Made by a program: the position numbers and the translations under genes. The notes beneath the pieces were generated by a model that saw only the letters and a list, made by a program, of their open reading frames with translations, did not search any database and was not told the origin of the DNA. DNA of 64,000 bases from Myxococcota bacterium (GTDB lineage Bacteria > Myxococcota_A > UBA796 > CAJQPC01), in the NCBI GenBank assembly GCA_036012755.1, contig DASCPX010000027.1, positions 192,001 to 256,000 on the forward strand. Direction: 5' to 3'. Positions 1 to 10,059 of the stretch are shown piece by piece; the stretch's first letter is position 1, and each line of letters begins with the position of its first letter.

Positions 1-1
1 C

Positions 2-589
2 GCCGAAGACGCCGTCCTGGTCTCGAACCTGAAGCTCTACGGTGGCCTCTTCGGCACCGCCGCGTTGATCGCGATGATCGTCTTCTTCGCGCTGGCGAGC
101 CGCGGTAAGGACGCCAAGGCCCTCTTCGGCCGCATCACCTCGATCGCTCCGGCCCCCATCGCGAAGAGGCTCGACGAGCTCTTCGACGGCTTCGTCACCG
201 GTCTTGGAAACGCTCGGGACCCCAAGGGGCTCCTGCAGGCTGCCGCGGTGAGCGTCGCCATCTGGTTCAACGGCGCGCTGGCCATCTACGTGCTGTTCCA
301 GGCCTTCGAGCTCGACCTGCCCCTCGGCGCGGCCTGCTTCACCGCCGTGGCCATCGCCCTCACCGTGGCGGTGCCCCAGGCCCCCGGCTTCCTGGGGGTC
401 TTCCACGTCGCCATCCAGAAGACGATGGAGCTCTGGGACGTGGATCCCACCCACGCGAAGGCCTTCGCCATCATCTTCTGGGGGGTGTCCTTCCTTCCCG
501 TTACGCTGATGGGACTCGTCGCGATGTGGTCAGAGGGGCTCAGCCTCGGCGGCCTCTGGTCAAAACGGCGAGGAGGAGACGAACCATGA
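2..589 (+). CDS. Lysylphosphatidylglycerol synthase TM / UPF0104 flippase-like membrane protein (5' partial)
   Basis: Frame is open from the window start. Multi-TM protein with the 'VPQAPGFLGVFH' motif typical of the family. Confidence 0.75.
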   Translation, partial: AEDAVLVSNLKLYGGLFGTAALIAMIVFFALASRGKDAKALFGRITSIAPAPIAKRLDELFDGFVTGLGNARDPKGLLQAAAVSVAIWFNGALAIYVLFQAFELDLPLGAACFTAVAIALTVAVPQAPGFLGVFHVAIQKTMELWDVDPTHAKAFAIIFWGVSFLPVTLMGLVAMWSEGLSLGGLWSKRRGGDEP

Positions 590-1299
590 CCCTCCTGATG
601 CTCCTTGCCTGCGGCGACAAGGACCCGGACGATCCCACCACGGACGACAGCAGCGTCGAGGGTGACACCGACACCGACACGGACGCTGACACCGACACCG
701 ACACCGACACCGACGTGCCCCAGTCCGACGCCTCGGGTGACATCGAGCTCCGAGACGGCACGATCGGCGGGGATGTCGCGATCACAAAGGCCTTCTCGTA
801 CAGCACCGACCAGGCCATCTTCGTCTACGCCTCGTCCAGTCCGGATGCCTCGTGTGACGTGCTCGACGAACTGTTCGACCCCGAGAACCGGGATCCGGTG
901 AACCGCGGCCCGCTGTTCGCCGAGGGCCAATGCAACGTGAGCTTCAGCATGGTCGGAGGCATGGAGGTCGCCGCCTACGACATCCAGACGGACAGCGGTG
1001 GGACCGTCCAGGCGAACTGCGCCTTCGGCGAGGGCGAGTGGGAGTACGTCTCTACTGGCGACGAGGGCTACTACTGGAGCGGCGAGTACTACGAGGCCAG
1101 CGCCTGGAAGGGTGACTTCAGCATCGTCTGGCTCGATCAGTCGGAGGCCTCGATGCAGCTCGACCTCGACCTCCGCGAGTGGGAGGGCACGTTCCCCTAC
1201 TCATCCGAGCGCACTGACGAGTACAAGGCCTCAGGCAAGGTCGACGGCACGATCTACACGGAACACTGCGACGGGCTCAAGAACGTAGGGCTCTTCTGA
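586..1299 (+). CDS. Acidic lipoprotein with Asp-Thr repeat linker
   Basis: ATGA overlap with the upstream stop, GGAGGAG RBS, MTLLMLLAC lipobox and DTDTDTDADTDTDTD tract. Confidence 0.75.
   Translation: MTLLMLLACGDKDPDDPTTDDSSVEGDTDTDTDADTDTDTDTDVPQSDASGDIELRDGTIGGDVAITKAFSYSTDQAIFVYASSSPDASCDVLDELFDPENRDPVNRGPLFAEGQCNVSFSMVGGMEVAAYDIQTDSGGTVQANCAFGEGEWEYVSTGDEGYYWSGEYYEASAWKGDFSIVWLDQSEASMQLDLDLREWEGTFPYSSERTDEYKASGKVDGTIYTEHCDGLKNVGLF
664..714 (+). repeat. GACACC-type hexamer tandem repeat encoding (DT)n
   Basis: gacaccgacaccgacacggacgctgacaccgacaccgacaccgacaccgac. Confidence 0.85.
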
Positions 1300-2705
1300 G
1301 GGAGTTCGCGGCGGTCGCTGCCCTCGCTGTCGCCTGGGCGCTGCTCCCGGCCCTCCCCGCCCTCTTCGCAGGCGAGCTGCTCGGCTCGCCCCATACGGAT
1401 CTCTACCCCTCGGTCTGGGGGATGTGGTGGTTCGCCTCGGAGCAGCCCGGCCTGCCCTTGCACACGACACAGCTGGGCGCGCCGGAGGGCATGCCCTTCT
1501 ACTACTCCTCGCCCATCCACGGGTGGCTCGCCTGGCCGCTGATTCCGCTTTTCGGGGTCGCCGGGACCTGGAACGTGCTCGTCGTGCTGGCCCGGATCGC
1601 GACGCCGCTGTGCGCCTTCTTCGCCGGCAGGGCCTGGGGCCTCGAACGAACCGGCGCCCTCGTCGCCGCGGCGGTCTACGGGTGCTCGCCCTTTTTCCAT
1701 GGCTTCGCCGTGGAGGGCATCGTGGAGGGCCTCGACGGCTGGACCCTGCCCCTGTTCCTGTGGGCCCACTTCCGCGGGCGACGCCTCCTGGCGGTGCTTG
1801 CCTTCGCGCTGGTGGTGGTGAGCAGCTGGTACCTGGGCGCCGTGGTCTGCCTGCTCGCTCTGTGCCTGGGCCGGAGGGCCTGGCCCTCCGCGCTGGTGGG
1901 GCTCCTGCTCGCCAGCCCGTTGGTCTGGGCCTTCGGCATGGCCTTCCCGGAGAGCGCCGCCGTGCCAGCCGAGGTGAGGGCCATGATGGGCACCTCCGTC
2001 CTGCCCGGAGTCCCGGGCATCCTCGCCGACAACCCCTTCGCGAAGACCTCCTGGATCGGCCTGACCGCCCCGGTCCTGGCGCTGGTCGTCGTGCGTGAGA
2101 GGCGCCTGGTAGCCGGCCTCCTCGCTGTCTTCTGGGTGCTCTCCCTGGGACTCGGACCCGATCTCCCCGGGCTCTCCTCGCTCCGCTTCCCCTACAGGCT
2201 CCACGCCGGGGTGCTGGTCCTGCTCGCCGGGTTGGCGGGGCTGGGCGCTCAGCGCTGGTCCTGGGGTGCCTGGCTCGCTCCGCTCATCGTCGTCGAGGGG
2301 CTGCTGTTGTCCCCCATCGAGCCGCTGATCCCGGGCGCCCCCGCCGAGATGCACCCGATCTACGACGAGCTGCCCGATGGGGACATGCTCCTCGACATCC
2401 CCGGACCCCTGGCGATGCCACCGGGGCAGATCAACCCCTCACGTCCACGGGCTCGCTGGTTCCTCTACCAGCAGGTCTTCCACGGGCGAGCCTCGCCCTG
2501 GATCCCGGACTTCAACGGGGTCGGCGTGGCGGCAGACGATGGCCTCGACGCGGTCCGAGCGCTGGATCCGCACGGTCCGGACAGCGACGACGATCTGCGG
2601 ATCGACGCCGAGTTGGTGGTCGTCCACGGCCTGGACCTCGAGCTCCCCGGCTTCGTCGAGGTCGACGAGGTCGACGGCAAGCGGCTCCTTCAGCGAATCC
2701 GCTGA
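1296..2705 (+). CDS. Polytopic membrane protein, probable GT-C-fold glycosyltransferase-like
   Basis: Frame extends upstream of the 1422 ATG to a CTG overlapping the previous stop (start uncertain). Many TMs. 'DLYPSVWGMWW' and 'RFPYRL' motifs resemble those of 44113-45918. Confidence 0.55.
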   Translation: MREFAAVAALAVAWALLPALPALFAGELLGSPHTDLYPSVWGMWWFASEQPGLPLHTTQLGAPEGMPFYYSSPIHGWLAWPLIPLFGVAGTWNVLVVLARIATPLCAFFAGRAWGLERTGALVAAAVYGCSPFFHGFAVEGIVEGLDGWTLPLFLWAHFRGRRLLAVLAFALVVVSSWYLGAVVCLLALCLGRRAWPSALVGLLLASPLVWAFGMAFPESAAVPAEVRAMMGTSVLPGVPGILADNPFAKTSWIGLTAPVLALVVVRERRLVAGLLAVFWVLSLGLGPDLPGLSSLRFPYRLHAGVLVLLAGLAGLGAQRWSWGAWLAPLIVVEGLLLSPIEPLIPGAPAEMHPIYDELPDGDMLLDIPGPLAMPPGQINPSRPRARWFLYQQVFHGRASPWIPDFNGVGVAADDGLDAVRALDPHGPDSDDDLRIDAELVVVHGLDLELPGFVEVDEVDGKRLLQRIR

Positions 2706-4666
2706 TCGAGGACGAACGCCAGGTGGTCGGTGGTGTAGGGCGCCTCGGCGAGCACCAGCGTCCAGTTCAACCGCGCGGCGCTCGAGCGGGGCAGCGACAG
2801 CCACACCTTCTCCTCGCCGCCGGCGTGCATCACGACGTCGATGGCGTCGATGGCAGGCTCGGCGTGCAGGAGCACCCGACTGCAGCCGAAGAGCACGCTC
2901 ATGGCATCGGAGAGGTCGTCGGAGTGCACCTCGGAGCCGTCGAGGTCGAAGCGAAACACGATCGCGGTGGGGCTCCTCTGCACGGATAGCGATGCAGACG
3001 AGCCGCCGGAGAGGCCGACGCGGTGTGGCGAGCCGCCCATGAACACGCTCGCCTCTGCTACGTGGAGCCGCCAGCCGATGAGCTCCGTCGGCATCTCCGT
3101 GCTCCCGATGAAAGCCCTTGCCAGCGCGACCGGGTCCTTCCGGGCGAGCTCGGAGACGCGCTCGGGCCCCTCGAGGACGTTCACGAGGAGCTGGACGCGA
3201 TGCAGCATCGCCCTGCGCTCTTGGAGCGGGGAACCGCCCGCCCGGAGCACCTCGACGACGTCATACTCGGGCAGCGGCTCGGCGCTGGGAAGAGGCGAGA
3301 TGATTCGCCCACCGGCGCGGACCTCCTCGACCGCCAGCTCGACAGTGCGGAGGTAGGTCCGGTAGATCCCGAGCGACTCGCGACGGGACAGCCGCGCCTC
3401 TCGCGACCACATGTCCACCGGTTGGAGCATGGACCGCAGCCCCTCTGTGTCGGCGAGCAGCGCGCGAACCGCTGCGTTCTGGTTCTGGAGCGCCTGGTCC
3501 AGCACCGTCATGGACCAGAGTCGCGCGTCCAGACTGCCCTGCTCCTCATCGCGCGCACCGACCACCAGGCCCTCCAGCGGCACGATGTCGCCCTCCGCCA
3601 CCGCAGCGAGGACTTCGGTCTCCGCGCTCTGCTTGAAGCCACGGCCGGCATGGAAGAGCGCCAGCGGCGCTTCGTCGCGCGAGGAACCGCGCGCCTTGAG
3701 GTCCACGAGCAGTGACTCGGCCTTGCGCTGGCGCATGTCCACGACCGCGCTCCTGACACCGGGAGACAGCTCCTCGGCGCGCCCCAGATCGCGCATCGCC
3801 CCGGCTGGCTGGAGGCGCTCGAAGCGCTGGTGCGCCCGCTTGAGGTAGAGCCCAGCCAGCAGGGTCGGGTCGCCGCTTCCGAGCGCGCGAGCCCTCTCCA
3901 GCTCTGTTATCGCCGAGTCGAGGTCGTTGGACGAGGCCGCCCGGCGGGCGATGGCCTCGTGGGCGCGGGCCTCGACCAGCCGCGTCCGGGCGCTCGGGTC
4001 CACGTCCCGGGCTCGAGCCAGGAGCTCGATGGCGTACTCCGGCCGGCCGTCGACGATCGCGTCCTCCGCAGCGTTGATGGCGCGACTCGACAGGCGGGCC
4101 CGGGCCTTTCGCTCGGCGTCGGTGTCCGGCCAGTCACGCGCGAAGCTCAACAGCTGTCCGTCGGTCGGCTTGCGGCCCATCTCCTCGTAGCTGTCCCAGG
4201 CGTCGGCCTGGTAGCGGAGCTCCTCGACCTCCGGGGCCATCGGTCCGCGAGGAAACCAGTCGAGGTAGTCATCGCAGATCGCGACGCTCGGGTCGTCCTG
4301 GATGCGCTCCCACAGCGCGATCTCGCCACGCTCGAAGGCCTCCTCCGCGAAGGGCGTCATGCCGGGGACGTCGAGCGCCGCCCTGATCACGTCGAAGTTG
4401 CTCGGGTCGCCCATGGCCCCCAGGACGAGCAGGGCCCGCGGCCCCTCGGGGCGATTGCGCAGCACGGCCTCTCGCAGCGGAGCCACCGCGGGCGGACCGA
4501 GCACCAGCAACTCCCGGTACGCCGTTCTCCAGATGAGCTCGTCATCTGATTTCAGCGTCTTGACGAGCTTCTCGGCTGCGACCGGGTCGGTGCTCGCCGC
4601 ATCAGCGAGAGCCTCGACCTGTTCGGGGTAGCGCGGCAGGCAAGCGATCAAGAGGAGCCAGAACAC
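2690..4666 (-). CDS. HEAT/TPR-repeat lipoprotein
   Basis: MFWLLLIAC lipobox and GGAG RBS. Helical repeats (YLDWFPRG..., AIELLARARDVDP, AITELERARALG). Confidence 0.7.
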   Translation of the reverse strand: MFWLLLIACLPRYPEQVEALADAASTDPVAAEKLVKTLKSDDELIWRTAYRELLVLGPPAVAPLREAVLRNRPEGPRALLVLGAMGDPSNFDVIRAALDVPGMTPFAEEAFERGEIALWERIQDDPSVAICDDYLDWFPRGPMAPEVEELRYQADAWDSYEEMGRKPTDGQLLSFARDWPDTDAERKARARLSSRAINAAEDAIVDGRPEYAIELLARARDVDPSARTRLVEARAHEAIARRAASSNDLDSAITELERARALGSGDPTLLAGLYLKRAHQRFERLQPAGAMRDLGRAEELSPGVRSAVVDMRQRKAESLLVDLKARGSSRDEAPLALFHAGRGFKQSAETEVLAAVAEGDIVPLEGLVVGARDEEQGSLDARLWSMTVLDQALQNQNAAVRALLADTEGLRSMLQPVDMWSREARLSRRESLGIYRTYLRTVELAVEEVRAGGRIISPLPSAEPLPEYDVVEVLRAGGSPLQERRAMLHRVQLLVNVLEGPERVSELARKDPVALARAFIGSTEMPTELIGWRLHVAEASVFMGGSPHRVGLSGGSSASLSVQRSPTAIVFRFDLDGSEVHSDDLSDAMSVLFGCSRVLLHAEPAIDAIDVVMHAGGEEKVWLSLPRSSAARLNWTLVLAEAPYTTDHLAFVLDQRIR

Positions 4667-4767
4667 TGTCGTCTCCTAGCTCTCCGGACAATTCCTGCAC
4701 AGGACTGTAAGGAACTCCGATCACCCTGCGTTGTCGGCCTGAGACATCTCTAGTCAAGGAGTCCTCC

Positions 4768-6174
4768 ATGCAGCGCTGGCAGCTCACCGCGGGTCTCGGC
4801 GTCATCGCCGCCCTCGCTGCGGTCCTCGCCCCCACCCTGAAGGCCAGCGTCACCAACGCGCCCGAGACGATGGAGGTGGGTCCCCACCTGACCGAGATCG
4901 AGCTCCCGACCAGCCCGGTCACGGTCGAGCAGGGCAACCTGACGCTCACCGCTGGGCTCGATCACCCGGCGGTGCTCGACGGACGAACGCAGGACAGGCT
5001 GCTCGTCATCACCGTCGGCGCCGACGACCTCGACGAGGGCCTCGATCGGCCCGTCAACGTGGCTGTGGTGATGGATCGCTCGGGATCCATGCAGGCCAAG
5101 GGCAAGATGGAGTACGCGAAGACCGCGGCGCGCGAACTCGTCGAGTCCCTCGACGCAGACGATCGCTTCTCTCTCGTGACCTTCAGCGACCGCGCAGAGC
5201 TGGTCGTCGCCTCACAGACCATCAGTGATTCCGCTTACCTCCTCCGCACAATCAATGGAGTACGTGAAGGTGGCGGGACCAACCTCTACGAAGGACTGCG
5301 GAGCGGCCTGACCCAGGTGCGCAGCTACAGCGGCGACGACCAGGTCAACCGGGTCATCGTCCTCTCCGACGGCAAGGCAAACGTCGGCGTGACCTCCGCG
5401 AGCAGCCTCTCCAGCCTCGCCGGCCAGTACAACGACGAAGGGATCCGGGTCAGCACCATCGGCCTCGGCCTCGACTACAACGAGGACCTCCTCGCCGCCA
5501 TGGCCGATCGCGGAGGCGGCACCTACCGCTTCGTCAACGACCCGGACGTGCTCACCACGGTCTTCCGCGAGGAGCTCCACCAGATGAACCAGGTCGCCGC
5601 CAGCGGCGTCTCCATCGACGTGCGGCTCCCCGGAGCCGAGCTGGTCGAGGTCTATGGCTACGACGAGCAGTTCGTCGACGGAGGCTTCCGCGTGTGGCTC
5701 GGTGACGTCTACGGTGGCCAGACCCGGAAGATCGTCGCGAAGGTGCGCGTCAGCGGAGTCGGGGTCGGATCCGAGCTGACGGCCTCCACCGTCACCCTGT
5801 CCGAGTCCGGTGCCGTGGCCTCCTACGTCGAGCCGGTCGAGGTCAAGGCCCAGGTCGTCGCATCGCAACAGACCGTGGACATGACAGTCAACCGCGAGCT
5901 CGCCGTGCTCGGGAACTTCGCCGCCGCCGGGCAGCTCGCGGACGACGCCGCCCAGGCCTATGCCCTGGGGGACCGCGACAGGAGCGAGGAGCTCCTGGAG
6001 GCCTCCAACCTCGTCGCCGGTGAGGCGGCCAGTCGCTACGACAGCAACCGGCTGCGCCAGCAGAGCGCGGAGCTCATCGTCCAGACCGAGGACTACCAGG
6101 CGGAGCCGAGCTCGGACGAGGGGCGCTACGCCGTGAAGAAGAACAAGGAGGCAAACCGTGGCTGGTACTACTGA
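4768..6174 (+). CDS. Secreted VWA-domain protein (YfbK/Ca-activated chloride channel-like)
   Basis: Signal peptide, MIDAS 'VMDRSGSM', 'GGTNL', 'LSDGKAN' and 'GLGLDYNEDLL'. Confidence 0.9.
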   Translation: MQRWQLTAGLGVIAALAAVLAPTLKASVTNAPETMEVGPHLTEIELPTSPVTVEQGNLTLTAGLDHPAVLDGRTQDRLLVITVGADDLDEGLDRPVNVAVVMDRSGSMQAKGKMEYAKTAARELVESLDADDRFSLVTFSDRAELVVASQTISDSAYLLRTINGVREGGGTNLYEGLRSGLTQVRSYSGDDQVNRVIVLSDGKANVGVTSASSLSSLAGQYNDEGIRVSTIGLGLDYNEDLLAAMADRGGGTYRFVNDPDVLTTVFREELHQMNQVAASGVSIDVRLPGAELVEVYGYDEQFVDGGFRVWLGDVYGGQTRKIVAKVRVSGVGVGSELTASTVTLSESGAVASYVEPVEVKAQVVASQQTVDMTVNRELAVLGNFAAAGQLADDAAQAYALGDRDRSEELLEASNLVAGEAASRYDSNRLRQQSAELIVQTEDYQAEPSSDEGRYAVKKNKEANRGWYY

Positions 6175-7225
6175 GGTCCTCGCGCCGACTACCCACGGCG
6201 CCTTTTCCATCGCGCTCCCAGGACGGACCATCGCACGGGACGTCGTGGCCTACGCCGCTGGCTTCACCGCCAGCTTCGCCTGGGCGGCCGGCCTCGGCTT
6301 CGTCGACAGCCACCCCGAGCTGTCCTTTGCCGGATCGCTCGCCCTTGGCCTGGTCGCCAGCGTCCCCCGCAAGATCCTGTGGACCCCGATCGCCTTGGCT
6401 GCCGGCATCGGCATGGCGTGGCTCGCCGCACCTCTGGGGGTGCCATCGGTGGTGCTCGCCGGGGCAGCCGTGGGGCTCGTCGCCGCTTGGATTCGCGGCC
6501 TGGACCAGGGCCGTCTGGATCTGCTCAACGGCGCGCTCTCAGGGGCTATCGCCGCCGCCGTCGCCGGTACGGTGTTCGTGCTCGGACTGCTCGGTGACAT
6601 CCACCCCGTCGCCAACTTCGCCCTCGTCGGACTCGCGGCTTCCCTGTCGCTGGCTCCGACCTGGTTTCGCTTCAAGGCCCGGAGCGAGGTCCCTTCCCGG
6701 AAGAAGGTGGAGCTCACCCTGGAGCCGCCGTACCGCAAGCCGGTCCTGCGCGCCTTGGAGCTCCACGGCCAGCTGCGGGCAGCGAAGCCACCGGAGGAGA
6801 TGATGGAGGGCCTCCACGAGGTCGTCGGGTGGGTCTACCGCCTGGCCCAGTCGCTCCAGACGCTGGGTCGCGACGTCGAAGCCCTCGACGAGGAGAAGCT
6901 CATCGAGCGCGTGGAGCTGTTGCAGATGGAGGCGGATGAGACAGAGGACGAGTTCCTCCGGGATCGCCGCTACGCCACCGCGGAGCACCTCCGCAAGCTC
7001 CTCCAGCACGCCCAGCAGCTGCGCCTCGAGCAGGAGCGCACCGCGTCGCTCCAGGAATACGCCATCGCCTACCTCGAGGAAGCGCGGCTCGGGCTCACGC
7101 TGGCCCGTGCCCTCCCGGGTGAGCAAGCCCCCGTGCGCCTCAACGAGGTGCTCGACAAGCTGCGCGGTCACGCGCGAGAAGGCGACGTGCGCCGCCGGAC
7201 CGCCCGCGAGGTCGGCCTCAGCTAG
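6158..7225 (+). CDS. Membrane protein with C-terminal coiled-coil domain
   Basis: About 6 N-terminal TMs followed by a charged helical region. Overlaps the VWA gene stop. Confidence 0.7.
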   Translation: MAGTTEVLAPTTHGAFSIALPGRTIARDVVAYAAGFTASFAWAAGLGFVDSHPELSFAGSLALGLVASVPRKILWTPIALAAGIGMAWLAAPLGVPSVVLAGAAVGLVAAWIRGLDQGRLDLLNGALSGAIAAAVAGTVFVLGLLGDIHPVANFALVGLAASLSLAPTWFRFKARSEVPSRKKVELTLEPPYRKPVLRALELHGQLRAAKPPEEMMEGLHEVVGWVYRLAQSLQTLGRDVEALDEEKLIERVELLQMEADETEDEFLRDRRYATAEHLRKLLQHAQQLRLEQERTASLQEYAIAYLEEARLGLTLARALPGEQAPVRLNEVLDKLRGHAREGDVRRRTAREVGLS

Positions 7226-7550
7226 CCAGGACCTCGCTGAACCACCCCTCTGGCTCCCTGTCGTTCAAGTCGACGGAGTGTCGGGCCTCGCCCACCCAGA
7301 CTCGGGCCTTCGGTCCTCCGAAGCCGGCGGTCAGCCGCACCTTCACGCGGCGCCCGTCGATCTCGCCCTCACCGGCGAAGGAGGCCCCGAACCCTGCCTC
7401 CTCGATGGCGAAGGGGATCGCCTCGGCGTATGGCCGCAGCGCGGAGCGCCAGAGCATGTTCGCCAGCGCGACGATCCAGAACGCAGCTACGCTGATGACG
7501 ATGCCTGCGAGGACACCGCTGAGGTAGGGCTCGTCGATATACTGGCTCAC
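7218..7550 (-). CDS. Hypothetical membrane-anchored protein
   Basis: GTGA overlap with the MBL gene and one TM segment. Confidence 0.6.
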   Translation of the reverse strand: MSQYIDEPYLSGVLAGIVISVAAFWIVALANMLWRSALRPYAEAIPFAIEEAGFGASFAGEGEIDGRRVKVRLTAGFGGPKARVWVGEARHSVDLNDREPEGWFSEVLAS

Positions 7551-8401
7551 CCCTCCAGGTCGATCACGTCACCCTCCCGGGCCAGCGTCACGCGTGGGTT
7601 GGCGTGATCGGCCCACTCCTCCGCGAGCTCATCGAGCTCGTCGTCGCTCGCATCGGGCGCATGGTGGAACAGCACGAGGTGCTTCGCGTTCGCCACCCTG
7701 CAGAGGGCGCTGGCGTACTCCGGGTAGGCGTGTCCCCAGGTCATCTTCTCGAGGTACTCGTCGAAGGTGAACATCGTGTCGAAGGTGACGAGGTCTGCGT
7801 CTGCAAGCGCGTCCAGCACGGCCTGTTCGGAGCTCGAAGGCACCTCCCCGACCATCGCGCCCTCCCCCGGACGGGCGAGCGGAGCGGTGTCGGTGAGGTG
7901 GACGTAGGTCTGACCACCTGCAGAGATCCGGTAGCCCACCGAGCCACCAGGGTGGTTGAGCCGAACGCCGACGATCTGGAAGGGGCCCCGCTCGAAGGGG
8001 CGCCCCGGCAGGATGGGGTGGAAGCTGACCTCACCCGGCATCTCCCGGAGGCGCACCGGGTGGTACACACCGTTGCTGTACCGGGCCACCCGTTCCCTGA
8101 CCTCTTCCTCGCTGAAGGCGGGCGCGGACACGCGCACCTGGTAGCCAGGCGCATAGACAGGTCCGAAGAAGGGGAAACCGAAGAGGTGGTCCATGTGGAA
8201 GTGCGTGAACAACATGTCCAGTTCCCGGGTGGACCGGGAGAAGAGGTCCCTTCCCAGTGGACGCGCCCCGGTGCCCGCGTCGAGGATGAGGACCGCGTCG
8301 CCGTGGTTCACCTCGACGCAGGAGGAGTTGCCTCCGTAGCTGGAGGTCAGTGGACCGGGGACCGGAATCGAGCCCCGGACACCCCAGAATCGGACCTTCA
8401 C
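7547..8401 (-). CDS. MBL-fold metallo-hydrolase
   Basis: 'FWGVRGSIP', 'YGGNSSC', 'THFHMDH', 'WGH' and 'LFHHAP' motifs. Confidence 0.92.
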   Translation of the reverse strand: MKVRFWGVRGSIPVPGPLTSSYGGNSSCVEVNHGDAVLILDAGTGARPLGRDLFSRSTRELDMLFTHFHMDHLFGFPFFGPVYAPGYQVRVSAPAFSEEEVRERVARYSNGVYHPVRLREMPGEVSFHPILPGRPFERGPFQIVGVRLNHPGGSVGYRISAGGQTYVHLTDTAPLARPGEGAMVGEVPSSSEQAVLDALADADLVTFDTMFTFDEYLEKMTWGHAYPEYASALCRVANAKHLVLFHHAPDASDDELDELAEEWADHANPRVTLAREGDVIDLEG

Positions 8402-8453
8402 AGCACCCCTGGCTCAGCCCTCGGATTGTATCTCACTGTGCGTGGTCGCGCGC

Positions 8454-8482
8454 TTGACACCCCTGTGGCCGGGGTTAGGGAT
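8454..8482 (+). promoter_or_regulatory. Possible sigma70 promoter of tRNA-Arg
   Basis: Perfect TTGACA at 8454-8459 with only a weak -10 (TAGGGA) about 30 nt before the tRNA. Confidence 0.35.
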
Positions 8483-8511
8483 CGAGCGCTCTCGGGTCAG
8501 AGGGTGGACTC

Positions 8512-8588
<77 letters not shown>

Positions 8589-8597
8589 CCTGGCCCC

Positions 8598-9107
8598 TCA
8601 GGCTCCGACAGCCTCGCCGACCCAGGCTCGCATCTTCGGGAGGGTCGTCTCGCGGTAGGCCTCGTCCGTGCGCTCACGCGCGAACACCCGGAGCAGACCC
8701 GCGACGAGGTAGGAGAGCTCCTCGTGGAGCGCCATGCGCTCGTAGATCGCCTCGTCGCCGGTCATGGAGGACGGCAGCTTCACCTGCGCGAGGTCCAGGG
8801 TCGGGTTGCGCAAGGTGAGGCCAAACTCTCGGTCCCCTCGCCGAATGGCGAGCCGCAGCTCCTTCACGACGCGGCCACCAGCCAGGGCGGCGCGAGACTC
8901 GACGGCCTCCGCGGCGTTGTCCCCGGTCATCACGGCCCGAGGGCGATCGTCGCCGGCACCCCGGAAGGCGATGCGGTCGTCGACCCAGACATCGATCCAG
9001 CCGATGTCTCCACCGAGATTCATCGAGCCGCCATCCCGAACGGAGGCGTACCAGAGCCAGGTCATGAACTCGCTGGGCAGGTGGGCCAGCATCGGCCTTT
9101 CATCCAC
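8598..9107 (-). CDS. RdgC-like protein, second half of a split pair
   Basis: 'EFMTWLWY' and 'ESRAALAGGRVVKELRLAI' motifs. GTG start overlaps the upstream gene end. Confidence 0.65.
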   Translation of the reverse strand: MDERPMLAHLPSEFMTWLWYASVRDGGSMNLGGDIGWIDVWVDDRIAFRGAGDDRPRAVMTGDNAAEAVESRAALAGGRVVKELRLAIRRGDREFGLTLRNPTLDLAQVKLPSSMTGDEAIYERMALHEELSYLVAGLLRVFARERTDEAYRETTLPKMRAWVGEAVGA

Positions 9108-9714
9108 GGCGGACCTCCAGGTTCGAGCCACCCGTCTGCTCGAGCGCGAGGGCCAGGTCCTCGTCTCCGAGCCAATCGAGCGGGTTCGTCGGGTTCAGTC
9201 GAAGCCCGAATGTCTGGTGGAAGAGCTTGCGGAAGCGGTCGTTCTCCCGATCGGAGAGGTTGGCGAAGAGCACCGTGCCTTCGGCCATGTTCCAGCACAC
9301 CTCTGTGACGCGCACTCGGGGGATCGCGCGCTTCAGCCACTCGAACTCGAGGCGCTCCTTCAGCTCCGCCTTCACGCCGCGCGGGGCTACCTTCTGACCG
9401 CTCTCGAGGCACCACTCGCTCACCGCGCGGTCGAGGTGCGCGCGGAAGAGCGCGGCCGGGAGGACCTTCTTGTCGACCCGCAGCCCAAACAGCGCGTAGT
9501 GGCCAAAGAGCCAGTGGTTCAGGTCGTCGAAGTCGGAATAGAGCAGGTTCTGGGGACGCACCCACCCCCAGGTCTCCTCCTTCGACGTCTTCGAGCCCGG
9601 ATCGCGAAACCCGTAGGCGTTGAGCGCCTCGACGTAGGTGATGCGGAAGCCCTCGGGCGTCTCGCCCTGGGCCGTGTACCGGCGCGCCGTCAGCGCGCCT
9701 CTGAGGATGCCCAT
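9100..9714 (-). CDS. rdgC: Recombination-associated protein RdgC family (N-terminal half)
   Basis: 'MGILRGALTARRY', 'EETWGWV', 'LRVDKKVLPAA' and 'KAELKERL' resemble the RdgC N-terminal region. Confidence 0.7.
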   Translation of the reverse strand: MGILRGALTARRYTAQGETPEGFRITYVEALNAYGFRDPGSKTSKEETWGWVRPQNLLYSDFDDLNHWLFGHYALFGLRVDKKVLPAALFRAHLDRAVSEWCLESGQKVAPRGVKAELKERLEFEWLKRAIPRVRVTEVCWNMAEGTVLFANLSDRENDRFRKLFHQTFGLRLNPTNPLDWLGDEDLALALEQTGGSNLEVRRG

Positions 9715-10059
9715 CTACTTCTCCCGGCCGCCCTTACCCGCGCGGCGTATCTCCAGCCAGTAGTAGGCGCCCACCACCCGCTTCTCCTCGCGGTCCAGCA
9801 GGAAGATGCGGTGCCTCAGGAGCTCCTTGCGGCCTTCGCGCCAGGTCTCCTCCAGATCGGGCTCGACCAGCTCCCACTCCATCCCGTCCCGAGCCGCGAG
9901 ACCCCGCCCCGGGGCGTTGTCCACCGGAAAAGGCAGCGGTCGGTCGAAGAAGATGACGCGGTCCTCGCGGACGGGCCCCTCCTTCGTCCAGAGGCCCAGG
10001 CCGATGGGGACGTTGCCGCTCCAGCCATCGTCCCGGACGATCCAGACGGAAGGACTCAC
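9715..10059 (-). CDS. Hypothetical protein
   Basis: Translationally coupled between its neighbours (GTGA overlap; stop abuts the next ATG). Confidence 0.6.
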   Translation of the reverse strand: MSPSVWIVRDDGWSGNVPIGLGLWTKEGPVREDRVIFFDRPLPFPVDNAPGRGLAARDGMEWELVEPDLEETWREGRKELLRHRIFLLDREEKRVVGAYYWLEIRRAGKGGREK

